64,000 bases of DNA from Naegleria gruberi. Lineage: Eukaryota. Below are positions 44,059-55,865 of the stretch, one piece after another; position 1 is the first letter of the stretch, and each line of letters opens with the position of its first letter. The notes beneath the pieces are model-generated. The model had not been told where the DNA came from. It saw nothing but the letters and a program-made list of their open reading frames with translations, and ran no database searches. The position numbers were made by a program, and so were the translations under genes. Location: the NCBI GenBank assembly GCA_000004985.1, contig GG738862.1; one strand, 5' to 3'.

Positions 44059-46587
44059 ATGTCGGCCGATGATACAAATAATAATAATAATTTATCTCAT
44101 AGTTTAGTAGAAAATCCGGAACACATAAATATGCAATCTAATGATATGATTCTTGATGAAAATATAATCAGTGATACTAATAATAATTCATCAAATAATA
44201 ATAATAATAGTAATAATAGTAATAATAATATTATTACTGATAATAACGATGGTCAACAAGTAGTTGAGGATAATAACGTTGATGATTCTTTATTTATTGA
44301 AGAATCTGGCAATGAAAACCAGGAATCTGAATTGGAAAATATTATAATGGAAAATGAAATTATTAATAATATTAAATATAATAACAATCCGATATCAGAA
44401 TTTAATAGTAACCTAATGGATAACATAAAATCTATTGTTGACTTATTTGGAAATCGACCAGATTCATTAATTACAGAATTAAATAGATTTGTTCAAAAAT
44501 TTTTACAACAAAATATTGAAGAAATTCAATTTCTTAAAGTTAAAAACCATGTATTACAAGAATTAATTATAGATTTAAAATCTAAAGCTTATGAAGCTTC
44601 TTCAACACAAAATCATAGGGAAGAGACAGTAATTTTAGAATTATCCAAGATGAGAAGAGAAAAATCCAACAATCAAATATCACCACCATCTCCAGAAACA
44701 AATGAATATATGCAATCAAGCTCTGCACATACTCTTCTCACTGGAGGAGCTTCTACAAATAACCCACAGAGGAGAACAAGAAGAATCAGAAAGAAACTGA
44801 ATGAACCAGTTCATAAAGTTTCATCACACGATGCCAATGAAAGTTCTGACGAAGATGAAGATGATCATAAGATGACAGATGAACATTATAGGCCAAATAA
44901 TGATGTATACGCACGATTAAATTCAATGAGATTAAGCGAAATAGAATATCCAAGTAGTGATGTAAATCAACCTGAATCTGACGAGGACGAAACAGAAAAC
45001 GAATTTTCCACTCCTGAAAAACCAAAGAAAAAGAAGAAAAAGAATACCTCAGACGAAGATAATGATTACATTCCAAATCTTAAACCACAACCTCGCACCA
45101 ATATTATCTCCAGTCATCCTCAACCACCTAAGACAACAACACTAGTATCTCCACCAAGCTCCTCGAGTATTGCCAGCTCTGTTTCTAAACCTGTTAATAG
45201 TAGTAGGTCAGCAAATATTAAGCCTCCAATCGCTATCACAAATCCTATTACCATTATTAACAATTCTGGTCCACCGACCCAACCAACAACCAACATTCCA
45301 AAACGTAGAGGAAGACCAAGAAGAGTTAGACCAGAAGATACTGCTGCTAACTTACAACCCTCGCTTTCTGGTCCTCTTGGAGCAGTAATGACTCAACCTT
45401 TCCAAGAAACAATCAAAAATCCCCTCTCTACTACAGCTATTCAAAGAACTGCTTCTACTGGTACGGAGGATACTACAGCTCCAAATAGTGGCCCCAATAC
45501 TACTACTACTACAGCGTCATCCAGTAATAGTGGTGCTTTCCCCTCAATAACTCCTTCTGATCAAAAGATGAACCAAAGCACCAATAACAATCCAGCAGCC
45601 GACTCCTCTCAGATGCCAACAACAGAAATGTTCTCTCGTATACCTCCAAACATGTTTGAATCACCAGCTTCCTTACAACCAACTATTCAAACCACTCCTT
45701 CAAATGGTGGCGAATCTAGCTCATCAAATAGCTTTTCGGCAAATGTATATAATCAAATGATGTCACAGAGTTTATTGGCGCAACAAAAGAAAAGAGGTCC
45801 TAAACCAGGTCCAAGACGTGGTGGATCTAAGGCCATGTTTACTATTTATGATTCTAATTCTTTCAAACTTACATATGAGAAGCCTGGTGTTACAAAGATT
45901 ACAAAAGCTTCGATTTCAAATGGTCCACAAACCATCTTTGTTGACTCTGATGTTTCACAATATGCAGAATTGTCAAATGCTCTTGGCTCTATAGGTGGTA
46001 ATGTCGTGTCCCAGTTTGGAAATGCTACCGATAGCCAAACTCGTCAAATAACAACAAATGAGAATGTAAGCAGTACTAGCAGTAACAGTAAGACCACACC
46101 AATCACCACCACAACAACAACAACACAACCAAACAATATTAGCAATAATAATGTTGCAAGCAACAGTATTTCAACTGTTGTTGCTTCATCAACAGATACA
46201 GGGATAACTTCACACAACAACAGCTCATCGAAAGCATCTCGCCGTTTCACCAGCCATGCCTCCAACATGATCAACAACAACCTTAATACTGGTTCACCAA
46301 TTATTGCCTCCAACTTTACAGGAGGCAATAATGGTGGAGGTATCCTTGTGATGAATCCAACCTCCAATAATACGGCTGCAAGTCATCCATTCTTGGTGCC
46401 AAGTGCTACTAATCCAAAGAGGAATATTGAGCCTAATAGCAGCAGAGATTACTTTGCCCAAATAACGACAGAGACCAAAGACGGAACACAAGATAACAGA
46501 TTGAGTGTTGAGATGAGCTCGTTAGCGGTTGTGAAACATGAAGAAGAGGAAAGACGAAACAGCATCAAGACAAACAATGCTCAATAA
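44059..46587 (+). CDS. Asn/Thr/Ser-rich low-complexity nuclear-type protein with AT-hook-like motifs, 842 aa
   Basis: Single ORF with long poly-N and poly-T runs and two AT-hook-like motifs, PKRRGRPRRVRP and KKRGPKPGPRRGG. The overlapping ORF 46538..46840 in another frame could be a C-terminal extension if there is a frameshift or sequencing error. Confidence 0.6.
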   Translation: MSADDTNNNNNLSHSLVENPEHINMQSNDMILDENIISDTNNNSSNNNNNSNNSNNNIITDNNDGQQVVEDNNVDDSLFIEESGNENQESELENIIMENEIINNIKYNNNPISEFNSNLMDNIKSIVDLFGNRPDSLITELNRFVQKFLQQNIEEIQFLKVKNHVLQELIIDLKSKAYEASSTQNHREETVILELSKMRREKSNNQISPPSPETNEYMQSSSAHTLLTGGASTNNPQRRTRRIRKKLNEPVHKVSSHDANESSDEDEDDHKMTDEHYRPNNDVYARLNSMRLSEIEYPSSDVNQPESDEDETENEFSTPEKPKKKKKKNTSDEDNDYIPNLKPQPRTNIISSHPQPPKTTTLVSPPSSSSIASSVSKPVNSSRSANIKPPIAITNPITIINNSGPPTQPTTNIPKRRGRPRRVRPEDTAANLQPSLSGPLGAVMTQPFQETIKNPLSTTAIQRTASTGTEDTTAPNSGPNTTTTTASSSNSGAFPSITPSDQKMNQSTNNNPAADSSQMPTTEMFSRIPPNMFESPASLQPTIQTTPSNGGESSSSNSFSANVYNQMMSQSLLAQQKKRGPKPGPRRGGSKAMFTIYDSNSFKLTYEKPGVTKITKASISNGPQTIFVDSDVSQYAELSNALGSIGGNVVSQFGNATDSQTRQITTNENVSSTSSNSKTTPITTTTTTTQPNNISNNNVASNSISTVVASSTDTGITSHNNSSSKASRRFTSHASNMINNNLNTGSPIIASNFTGGNNGGGILVMNPTSNNTAASHPFLVPSATNPKRNIEPNSSRDYFAQITTETKDGTQDNRLSVEMSSLAVVKHEEEERRNSIKTNNAQ

Positions 46588-47298
46588 CCCCACAATCGCA
46601 TCATTTAATAGTGGAGCACCTGCACAACACGACCCGCTAAACCATCCCCCACCAATTGTTCGTATAAGGTTGGCTCCTCAATTGCAAACACCAGAATCAA
46701 CCATTGCTACCTCTTCGAGTAGTAGTAGTGGAAGCAGTGGTAATTTCACAACAGGATCTTTTAACAACAATATTGGAAATAATGAAACTACAGTTGAGGA
46801 AAGAAAAAAGCTTTGTAGTAGACGTGTTAGAAAGGTGTAATATTAATACCAAACAATGTGAAGAATCAATAAAATAACTGTAATATTAGTTCTTATACAA
46901 AATTGGTTGAATTCTTCTTTTATTTCTCCTCCCAAACATAATTGCACGCTACCCGAATATTTACAACGAACCATTTATTCATCAGCATTAAAGAGCGCGC
47001 AATTGATTCTCTCTCCTCTCACAACACCACTTAATGCATTAAGGTGAGAAAGAGATTGTTTTTGTTAAGTAATTTTGGGCTTTATTTTAAAAACCGCGAA
47101 GGGACTCAATGTTGATCTTGCTTTTTTGCTCACATAAAGATGGTACAACCGCTTTTGTTATTTTGAAAAAAATAAGGTTCATTCCATACCCTTTCTTCTT
47201 CTCTCTTTTCCGTAGCCTTAAATAATATTTTACCAACAATATAGGCTTCTCTTTGTACATTCTAAACATCATCCAAACCAATTTCCACCCTCAATATT

Positions 47299-49101
47299 AT
47301 GAATCCGTTAACTCAACAGGAGTCTAAACCACTGTACAATATTACACCTGTACAACAAGAGACCATCCCATCAAAAGACGACTATCAAATGGTTCTTGTT
47401 CAAGATTCAAATACACAATATCAACACCAACAACAAATACTACCACTCTCCATGCAACAAAATTATCAATTCCACAATTTTGTCCCACTAGAAGTAAGAG
47501 CAGGTGCTTACGCTTTTGAACATAAACCTGTAATAAGAAGCTCTTCATTCTCAGGTTATGAAAACTATCCAACCCAATATACAAATGATAGAGGGTTCCA
47601 ATTTAGGACAGCCTCAAACAATAATTATATTCCACAAAATCCTCATCCATCTTTTTCAGGTTCCAGCGCTACTTCCACTAACAACAACAATACTACTACA
47701 TCGCCTGATGTATCTAATATTATGAATACAGTTACTTCTCAAAATCCAACAACTCTCCTTCATCAATCCTCCAATATTAACAGCCCTATGTCATATAGTA
47801 GTCCTCTTGAAAACACTGCAACAAGTAGAGACGGTTCAAACACTCCAACTTCTCCTAATCCCCAAATCAAACCATTTGAATCAAGTCTTATTGAACGTCT
47901 CTCACCTGCAAGAAAGAGGTCCAATTCAGAACCCACCAATTCTAGATCTGCTAAGTTGAAGAAGAAACGTTCATGTGCTAGATGGACGGAAGAAGAAAAC
48001 AAAAAGTTAATTGAAGCATATATTAAGTATGAAGGCAAGAATTGGAGTGCCATTGCAAAGACTGTTGGAAACAAAACCAGCGACCAGTGTAACCAACATT
48101 GGTGGAGAGTTTTGAATCCTGAAATTTGTAAGCAACCTTGGGGTAACGATGAGGATCAATTACTCTATGACCGTGTTCAAGAATTTGGTGAAAGCTCATG
48201 GAAGAAGGTTTCTCAAGGTTTAAGAGGAAGAACAGATCTTCAATGTAGACACAGATGGAACCAACTTAAGAAGCTTTCAAAGAAGCAACCTGGTTCTAGC
48301 TCTGGTACACCTCCTCTTGTTCTAGAGAATTCATCTGAGCTTCAAGATGTTGTTAACACCTCCTTGACTTCAACCAACTCTGGAGAATTGATTAGAGTTG
48401 CAGGCTATTACCAAATGTCACAAGGTGAAGAGCAATTAGGAAGCACAGCAGCAACCCAAGATGCTTCATCACCATCTAGGAAGTCACAAACTCAAGTTAC
48501 AACAGTCCAAGAACCTCAAGGAATTTATCAAGACTTTTACTTCCAACAACCAATGGTCTCTACACAAGTTCAATATCAACCGAACCATGTAGATTACAGA
48601 GAGACTGTTGTTGCTGAAGGTGATGTACCTTCCATGGTTGTTTATCAAACTCAACCTATTCAACACATTCAACAACTCCAACCAATGCAGCACATTCAAA
48701 CAATTCAAAGTATTCAACCTATGCAACATATTCAAAGTATTCAAGGAATGCAACCAATGCAAACAATACACTCCCTTCAACCAATTCAACACATTCAAAC
48801 AATTCAACCAGTAGGTCATCAACCTCATACAGGTATTTACCATTATTCTTTCCCTGTCTATCAACAACCAATGACAACTCAATCTTATTACCACACAACT
48901 GAGGTCCAAAGTTATCCTGAACATCCTCAAAATGGAGATGAATTTTTTGAACCTGTTCAAACTGGTGTGAATAATGGTGAGGAAAATACCCAAGTTGATA
49001 TTGACATTTTGGAAGCTGTACTTCAAAACCAGTCAAGAATGGAGAATAGAGATGAGATTTTTGAAACAACCCAAGAACAAAGAGAAGGCCATTACTACTA
49101 A
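47299..49101 (+). CDS. Myb/SANT-domain transcription factor-like protein with a Gln-rich tandem-repeat tail, 600 aa
   Basis: Two Myb repeats are present: RWTEEENKKLIEAYIKYEGKNWSAIAKTVGNKTSDQCNQHWWRVLNP and PWGNDEDQLLYDRVQEFGESSWKKVSQGLRGRTDLQCRHRWNQL. A (P)MQHIQ(T/S)IQ repeat block lies downstream. Confidence 0.8.
   Translation: MNPLTQQESKPLYNITPVQQETIPSKDDYQMVLVQDSNTQYQHQQQILPLSMQQNYQFHNFVPLEVRAGAYAFEHKPVIRSSSFSGYENYPTQYTNDRGFQFRTASNNNYIPQNPHPSFSGSSATSTNNNNTTTSPDVSNIMNTVTSQNPTTLLHQSSNINSPMSYSSPLENTATSRDGSNTPTSPNPQIKPFESSLIERLSPARKRSNSEPTNSRSAKLKKKRSCARWTEEENKKLIEAYIKYEGKNWSAIAKTVGNKTSDQCNQHWWRVLNPEICKQPWGNDEDQLLYDRVQEFGESSWKKVSQGLRGRTDLQCRHRWNQLKKLSKKQPGSSSGTPPLVLENSSELQDVVNTSLTSTNSGELIRVAGYYQMSQGEEQLGSTAATQDASSPSRKSQTQVTTVQEPQGIYQDFYFQQPMVSTQVQYQPNHVDYRETVVAEGDVPSMVVYQTQPIQHIQQLQPMQHIQTIQSIQPMQHIQSIQGMQPMQTIHSLQPIQHIQTIQPVGHQPHTGIYHYSFPVYQQPMTTQSYYHTTEVQSYPEHPQNGDEFFEPVQTGVNNGEENTQVDIDILEAVLQNQSRMENRDEIFETTQEQREGHYY
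48640..48830 (+). repeat. In-frame imperfect 21-24-bp tandem repeat (caacacattcaaacaattcaa...) encoding IQ/MQ repeats inside the Myb gene
   Basis: About eight units are visible. They generate the spurious antisense ORFs 48484..49026, 48608..48814 and 48719..49144. Confidence 0.6.
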
Positions 49102-49140
49102 GATTGTAAACTATTGTATTTATATTGATTTTATTAAGCA

Positions 49141-50148
49141 TCACCTTTTTTTCTTTGCTGACAGCGGGTCCAACGGGTTATAAATTGATTTAAGATCTTT
49201 TTTGTATTTCATTTTAAATAGTTCCGATAGATAGGGCTCCCCAGAGTGCTCTAAAACTGTTAAAATTTCTTGTTTTTCTTCTTCAGTAATAAAAGGTTCA
49301 ATGCTTAAATGATTACTTTCTTCATTCGTTTCAGGATTTTCTAAAGTGGGTGATGTTTCGTCTACCTCTGTCCTTGATTCTGTAACATCACTCACTGTAT
49401 CATCATAGTTCAGAGATGCCTGAGAATCTTTAAATCTTGAATAAAAATTGTAAAAGTTTTCCTTGTTATGTAAAATTAGCGTTACTCCAAGTTGAGATAA
49501 TTCGATTTTTCTCAGAAATTTTGAAGAGTCTCTTTCATAAGATTTAAATAAGTAAGCATCCTTAATACTTTGTCTTGCTGCATAAATATCATCGTCCATC
49601 AACAGACATTCTAATTGCTTTTCAAATATTCCACTTTGCTCATTTTTCGTTTTCTTTTGCATCTCTTCCTCCAAGAAATCGTCTACTAATTGCCTAGGTG
49701 TTGATTTGATTGTTTTTCTACTGGTGTATGATCCTGAAACTGTACTAGAGTCATCACCTTTTCTACTTTTACTTGGTGCAGATCCTTGTCTTGGTCGGAG
49801 AGTGGAAGGAAAGAATGATGGAATTGATTGTTTTTTCGGGTCATCATCCAATGCAAACGAAGCCTCACTCGCTGAAGAATTCTTCTTTTGTCCCAAATTT
49901 AATCCACCTTTCGTTCTTGCGTTAACTTTCTTAACAACCAACGTTGAGGGAGTTAATCGATGTTGCCCGTATTGATTCGGCAATACTTCCAATCTATTTA
50001 ATACTTGTTTTGATGAATTTAACGATCCCGTTACATTCGTAGAAGAGTGATAATGATGAGGTTGAAATTGATGAGTTGGACTCATAAACCCATTAAATTG
50101 TGGTTTCAGTGTAGAGATGCTCATATGTAATTGCTGTTTTCCCTCCAT
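49141..50148 (-). CDS. Hypothetical protein (~335 aa from MEGKQQL; ORF extends to 50229)
   Basis: Long minus-strand ORF. The N-terminal part is Ser/Pro/basic, and the C-terminal part is acidic and ends in KKKR. No recognised domain. Confidence 0.45.
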   Translation of the reverse strand: MEGKQQLHMSISTLKPQFNGFMSPTHQFQPHHYHSSTNVTGSLNSSKQVLNRLEVLPNQYGQHRLTPSTLVVKKVNARTKGGLNLGQKKNSSASEASFALDDDPKKQSIPSFFPSTLRPRQGSAPSKSRKGDDSSTVSGSYTSRKTIKSTPRQLVDDFLEEEMQKKTKNEQSGIFEKQLECLLMDDDIYAARQSIKDAYLFKSYERDSSKFLRKIELSQLGVTLILHNKENFYNFYSRFKDSQASLNYDDTVSDVTESRTEVDETSPTLENPETNEESNHLSIEPFITEEEKQEILTVLEHSGEPYLSELFKMKYKKDLKSIYNPLDPLSAKKKR

Positions 50149-50270
50149 TTTTTTTACATTTGTTTTGATGAGAAAAAACAACATCAGTAAATGTTTTATC
50201 TCATGAATTGCTGTAACAACAACTGACAATGATTTATTATTAAGGAAATATTGGATTGATATTTAAATTT

Positions 50271-51157
50271 TTAATTTTTAATTATGTCTGTATTGGAGCA
50301 GTGATGTTCCTTGAGTTGCTGTTTACGCATTCGTTGGAAAATAAGTTTCTCTAATTGTTCTAGCTCAGTTAGTGTGATAATCTTTTGATTTACAAAAATA
50401 CTCCTCAGAAAGGTAATGTATTCCATCCAAAAATCATTATTAGAAGGCTGATGAGTTTTAATAAACGTCTTGAATTCCTCAAATGTGTAAACTTTTCTAT
50501 CTGTAGTGTTGATATCAATAATGGTCTGAATTTGATTTTCTATTTCAGATAAAAACATTCAGATTAATAAATTCGAAACGTAAACATACTATTCACTTCC
50601 TCACCAATTTTCTGAACCCATGTTTTCATTTGATTCTTTTCCAAATCATTCATTTCATTAAATGAAAAATTGTAAAATAAATTAACCGATGCAAATGTTG
50701 AAATATTACTCGTTGGTAATTCCTTGAGTGTGATGGGATCAAAAAATTTGAGTCCACTCTTATTCAATTTTTTAGAAATAATCACATGAACATCACCTCT
50801 ACTACCTATCAAATCAATATTCAACACTGAAAAATCATTCACATGAAATAATTTCCAATGTTCCAATAACATGTTAAAATTATCCCACATTTTCTTACAA
50901 TGAAAACAATGAAAATCATATTGAAATTGAATTTCCTCTTTCCGTTCATTCCAAATTTTAATTGTTCTAGCTTTTGGTGTCTTGACAAAATATTCTCGGG
51001 TTAAAAGTGCACTCGGATATTTAATTCGATGTAGAATTACAATCACCTCATCAAGTGTTTTCTTTTTAATTTTACATTGTTTCTTGTATTTACAATTCCG
51101 ATGATAGAGAGAAATTTCTCTTCTTTGTGTGATATTCAAAGATTCTGGTTGAGTCAT
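50271..51157 (-). CDS. Hypothetical protein with a C2H2-like zinc-finger motif, as two adjacent ORFs (197 aa and 95 aa) separated by 5 nt. Possibly one gene.
   Basis: ORF 50564..51157 contains FHCFHCKKMWDNFNMLLEHWKLFH. ORF 50271..50558 follows after a TAA. No convincing intron joins them. Confidence 0.4.
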
Positions 51158-51437
51158 TTTTTTTGATTTGATTTTTTATTTCTCAATAATTTGTATCAAT
51201 ATTTTGTGTATTTACAAGGTATGAAGAATTTGTTGTGGATAACTACTACTCAAAGTGAATGAAATATTCCATAAACTTGAGTATTTTTTCTTTGAAAGAG
51301 AGATCTTTCCTATTGAGGTGTCCTTAAAATTTTGGAAGGACAATCTCAATTAATGAGCAATGATTCATCAGATAAGTACTATCTGCTATCTGAGAATGAT
51401 ATATTTTCTATTGCTCAATATCTTTCATAAAGATATG

Positions 51438-52319
51438 TTAGACCACTTGTTGTCTTCTCAAAAGTGCATTTTCCTCTTCCAATAATTTAATTCGTTGTTC
51501 GAGATTGGCAACTTTTTCTTCCAAGGTTTGAATGTAGAGTTTCTTACGTTCTCTAGAAGCTTGTGCAGATTGTCTATTTCTAATCAATCTTCTTTCCTTC
51601 TTTTCTTTTTGTCTATCATCAGGGTCCTTTCTTTGTCTCTTCTTTTCCATATTGGAGGATGGAACATTCTCTTCATCAGTTGTTACAATTTGATTTGAAA
51701 TATCTTGAAGAGTGCTAGTAGTGGTATTTGCTGATTTCTTTTGTCTCTTCTTAATTGGAACTGAATCAATATTTGACTTGTCCAAATCAAGTTGCGGAGT
51801 AACACAATTAGCACTATTAGGACTTGAAGAGCTGGTAGAATAACCACTTTGATTCATCAATATATCAACTTGTTGATTCATATTTGTGTTCAATAAAGTA
51901 TTGGAAGTTGATGAACTGTTTGGTGATGGAAATGGTGGAATAATAAATGCAGTACTATGTGCATTTCCATTACTATTTGGAGATGGAAATGGTGGAAAGA
52001 AATAGTTTGGCTGTTTATGAATTGGAAATACTCCGCCACTACTCATAACAATTTGTTTTGGCATTTGATGACTATTATTTAAACCATTAGTGTTCTGATG
52101 ATGATTACTATTTGATTCGACATGAATAGTTTTTGATTTAGAGCTATAAATTCTCTTAACTGGCTCTGTAATAGGAGTAGTATTATTATTACTATTACTA
52201 TTATGAATATTATGAATATTATTACTATTATTTGAATTATTTTGCAATTGATTCAAGTTGTTTTGATCTTGATGATAGTTAGGAGGGGAGGTTCCCGGTA
52301 AAATTTGTCCAATATCCAT
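51438..52319 (-). CDS. bZIP transcription factor, 293 aa
   Basis: The N-terminus is Asn/Gln-rich. The C-terminal basic region is KKERRLIRNRQSAQASRERKK, followed by the leucine zipper LYIQTLEEKVANLEQRIKLLEEENALL. Confidence 0.8.
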   Translation of the reverse strand: MDIGQILPGTSPPNYHQDQNNLNQLQNNSNNSNNIHNIHNSNSNNNTTPITEPVKRIYSSKSKTIHVESNSNHHQNTNGLNNSHQMPKQIVMSSGGVFPIHKQPNYFFPPFPSPNSNGNAHSTAFIIPPFPSPNSSSTSNTLLNTNMNQQVDILMNQSGYSTSSSSPNSANCVTPQLDLDKSNIDSVPIKKRQKKSANTTTSTLQDISNQIVTTDEENVPSSNMEKKRQRKDPDDRQKEKKERRLIRNRQSAQASRERKKLYIQTLEEKVANLEQRIKLLEEENALLRRQQVV

Positions 52320-52966
52320 TTTAATTGTGGCAGTTTTAAACTAATGTAACTGAAAGGGAGAATATTTGATAGGTAGATAACAATACTTTTATTCTTCTAT
52401 ATGTGATGATGAATAACAAGTGATCGTTATCTTTTTTGAAAGTGCGGAGTGTTTTTCAGACGCTGTTGTGTGATGATACCTGATGTTCAAGTATTTTTTA
52501 GTTCAGTAAAAATTGTGTTGTTTGATGATGAATTGGTGATGTGTTTGTTCCAATAGAATTGGGAGGTTTACAAAAAATTGCTATTTTTAAATATTGGCGC
52601 GATAATTCAACCAGAAATGGTGCAAAATCGAAAATACACAAAACAAACAAGCGATTTATCAAAATAATGATGATAAGAAGAAATGTTTTTGAAAAGGGAG
52701 AAAGCAAGATGTATTTTTCTCAGATTTATATGATTTGTAGTCATCATTATTTAATTTTCATTGTAATAATGTTCCTAATCAAAATGTTTTAACAGTTTTA
52801 ATGGATAACTTGTTGTTTGTTCATGGTGTACCATTACTCCGAGTGGTTTTGTTTTTGAAAAAACTTTCTGTGCATTAATTAGAAAAGAAAGTGCAAACTT
52901 TTCAGAATGAAAGAAAAAATCAACTAAACAAATGGACAAGAAAACATGATAATTTAAAATATGAAA

Positions 52967-53039
52967 CGCCCACCGTGGGGGTCGAACCCACGACCACAAG
53001 GTTAAGAGCCTTGCGCTCTACCGACTGAGCTAGACGGGC
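52967..53039 (-). tRNA. tRNA-Lys (anticodon CTT), 73 nt, identical to 22853..22925 but in inverted orientation
   Basis: It is the exact reverse complement of the plus-strand tRNA-Lys gene (73/73). Confidence 0.9.
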
Positions 53040-53633
53040 TACATTTGTTCTTATTAAAATATCTAAATACTTGATTCAACCTTACATAATAGGAGTAAAA
53101 ATATCCAACATTAATAAATGTGTTGAGTTTTGATTAATAGTTTCGAAACCAGTGACAAAGATACTGTAATATTGGAAGTTATTAATGCTTAACAGGACAG
53201 TAACAGCACTTAATGTTTTTTTTTGTTATAATGGAATAACTAATACGTTAATAATTATAGTGACATGGCTTCTTTAGAACTGCTATATCCACAAAACAGC
53301 AATAAGAATGTTTTACTGTAAAACTATACAATTCAATAAATTGTAACAATTTGTTAAAGTAACACAATAAGGGTATATCTTTATTATTTGACATTTAAAT
53401 AGAGGTTCTCATGAATAGTGCGACATTTACTAATCGAGAGTTGTGGAACAATTTGTTGCAAGTTTACCACAATGTGAAAGAGATGAAGCACAACAAGAAA
53501 TTGTCCACTATTCTGAAAAGATTAGTTCCTCTCCATATTTTCACAAGATTATTAACTTGGACTTGTCGAGCTCATTAGTTTCTAATCAATTGAATATTGT
53601 TAGCAAGATTTTAACCAATTTGATTAATTTACT

Positions 53634-54734
53634 ATGGAATGTTATGCATTGGATGAAGAAGCTTGTTTGAGACTTGTTACTGAAATTTGTAAATCAAAAA
53701 GTCTCAAATCAATATCTTTGCGTAATTGTAAAATGAATGTTGAATGTGGTCAAATTTTGGTCAACTCGCCATTGGTTAATCAATTAGAATCACTTTCATT
53801 AGCAAATTGCGGTTTGAAGAATGAGTGTATTCAACTCATTTGTGATTCAATGAAGAATTTGACAGAATTGGATGTTTCAGCAAGTTATTTAACATATGAA
53901 AGTGGCCTCAAGGTTATTGCTACTTCTCCAAATATGAAGAATTTGAAAACTCTTAATATTGGTTGCGTGTATGGTATTCCAAATGATGTTGCTCGTCTCT
54001 TTGAAACATTGACTCAATTGACTTCACTTGACATTAGTAAATACAAAATTGGATTGAGGGGATGTAAATCATTAAGTGAATCATTCAAGAGTTTAACAAG
54101 TTTACATGTTTGGGATTGTGAGATTGGAGTTGAGGGTGCTAAATGTTTGAGTGAAATCAAGACTTTGAAACAGTTGACTTGTCCATCAAATGATTTAGGT
54201 GTTGAAGGTTCTAAACATATTGGAACAATGACTCAATTGATCTTTCTAAATATTGGTTTAAATAATATTGGAGCTGAAGGTGCTGAACATATTTCCAAGT
54301 TGGTCAATTTGAAACAATTGTTTATAACTGCCAACTCAATTGGAGGAAAAGGTGCTAAACATATTGCAGAGATGACCAATTTAACAGAACTCCAAATTAC
54401 CTCCAATGATATCGGTGATGAAGGTGCCAAATCACTCAGCAAACTTCTTAAATTGAGAAAATTATGTTGTAATAACAATGGAGTTGGAAATGAAGGAGCC
54501 CTTGCCATTGCTAATAATTTAATTGAATTGGAAAAGATTGAATTGAATGATAATCCGAATGTTATTGATGAGGGAGCTAAGGCAATTATTGACCTGCCAT
54601 TTGTCAAATCTGTTGAACTTTCTCGTGATAATCTTAGTGAAGAAACTCAACAATATTGTTATAAGAAAATGCCACGTGGTTTACTCATGTTTGCTAAAAG
54701 AGATTGGGAATATGATGGTGAATTTGATGAGTAA
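53634..54734 (+). CDS. Leucine-rich-repeat (RNI-like) protein, 366 aa
   Basis: About 12 repeats of the form L(K/T)xLxIxxNxIGxEGAKxIS. An upstream ORF 53443..53670 in another frame may be a uORF or 5' exon. No F-box is seen. Confidence 0.7.
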   Translation: MECYALDEEACLRLVTEICKSKSLKSISLRNCKMNVECGQILVNSPLVNQLESLSLANCGLKNECIQLICDSMKNLTELDVSASYLTYESGLKVIATSPNMKNLKTLNIGCVYGIPNDVARLFETLTQLTSLDISKYKIGLRGCKSLSESFKSLTSLHVWDCEIGVEGAKCLSEIKTLKQLTCPSNDLGVEGSKHIGTMTQLIFLNIGLNNIGAEGAEHISKLVNLKQLFITANSIGGKGAKHIAEMTNLTELQITSNDIGDEGAKSLSKLLKLRKLCCNNNGVGNEGALAIANNLIELEKIELNDNPNVIDEGAKAIIDLPFVKSVELSRDNLSEETQQYCYKKMPRGLLMFAKRDWEYDGEFDE

Positions 54735-54838
54735 ACAATTTCATATTCACAATAAACAAGTTGCAATTTAATATAACAAAATAGGCAACCGATATAATGA
54801 ACTTTTTACAATGAGTTCACATTTCCACACAGAAAAAA

Positions 54839-55819
54839 ATGCCAACATATCAACTAGGTGAAACCCACACACTCTCTGTCATCATTGAATACATTTTAAA
54901 TGCTACAAGTTATGTAGAACAATGTTGGGAATCAACTCTATTTAAAACAATCTTTCCTCTATTGAATATTTCAATATATTTGGGGAGTTTTTTGTTTTTT
55001 GCGAGTGTTGTGATTGTTTCTTATTCTGTTTATTATTTAATGCAGAGAAAATACAGGAGGAAATGGAATGCCTTCTTGTTTAAAGTGACATCTGATGAAT
55101 ATGAATGTAGAGAGTTGGCATTTTCAACAGCAAATTATACACATGCTGTTTTGAGTAGTTTATATGCAATTTATGTTTTTGAGAATGATTATTTTGGAAA
55201 TTACCAATTTAAGAATGATATTTTGAATTCTAAGGAATTTAATTTCTTCTTCTCATATACTGATAATATTTCTAATTTAATGTCCTTTACATTGGGATAT
55301 TTATGTGTGGATTTGATTTGTTATTTATGTTTGGTTGTGTTACAATCAAAGAATACAATGAACGCAATTTTCCATGCAATCATTGTAATGGCATTTAGTT
55401 TATATTTTGTAAATGGAACAGGTGGAATACCAGCATTGTTTGGAGAAATTTCAGAGCTTGCCTCTGTTACTCTCAATCAAGAAGAATTTATGGAGAATTT
55501 TATGGAAAATTTCAAAGCCTCAATCATGTATCTCATTCACGACATTTTGAATACCATTAATTTTGTAATCACGAGAGGATTAATGAGTGTCTACTTGACT
55601 TATGAATTAATTGTGAATTATGGAGATTTATTGGATTCAATGTTATCTATTTATGATTCAAATTTTAGAGCATTTGCAATTCTATCCATTCAAATCATTC
55701 TACTACTAGTTGTCATTGTAATGAATTATGTTTTCACATTCGATTGTTTACAATTCGCAACAGTTGCCTATGAAGAATACAGAATAGCTCACATTCAAAT
55801 TATTAAGAAAGATCAATAA
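54839..55819 (+). CDS. Multi-pass membrane protein (6-7 TM), hypothetical, 326 aa
   Basis: Single ORF with regularly spaced hydrophobic helices. No family assigned. Confidence 0.55.
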   Translation: MPTYQLGETHTLSVIIEYILNATSYVEQCWESTLFKTIFPLLNISIYLGSFLFFASVVIVSYSVYYLMQRKYRRKWNAFLFKVTSDEYECRELAFSTANYTHAVLSSLYAIYVFENDYFGNYQFKNDILNSKEFNFFFSYTDNISNLMSFTLGYLCVDLICYLCLVVLQSKNTMNAIFHAIIVMAFSLYFVNGTGGIPALFGEISELASVTLNQEEFMENFMENFKASIMYLIHDILNTINFVITRGLMSVYLTYELIVNYGDLLDSMLSIYDSNFRAFAILSIQIILLLVVIVMNYVFTFDCLQFATVAYEEYRIAHIQIIKKDQ

Positions 55820-55865
55820 CTTTAATTTACAAATACAATAAGAATCTGATGTCTGCCAAACAATA

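Noticed and set aside
48484-49183. Antisense ORFs across the Myb gene 3' half (48484..49026, 48719..49144, 48608..48814, 48974..49183)
   Set aside because: They are antisense to a well-supported Myb-domain gene and arise from its in-frame CAA/ATT-rich tandem repeats.
53443-53670. 75-aa upstream ORF overlapping the start of the LRR gene in another frame
   Set aside because: It cannot be joined in-frame to the LRR ORF by any GT..AG intron I could find. It is more likely a 5'-leader or upstream ORF than an exon.
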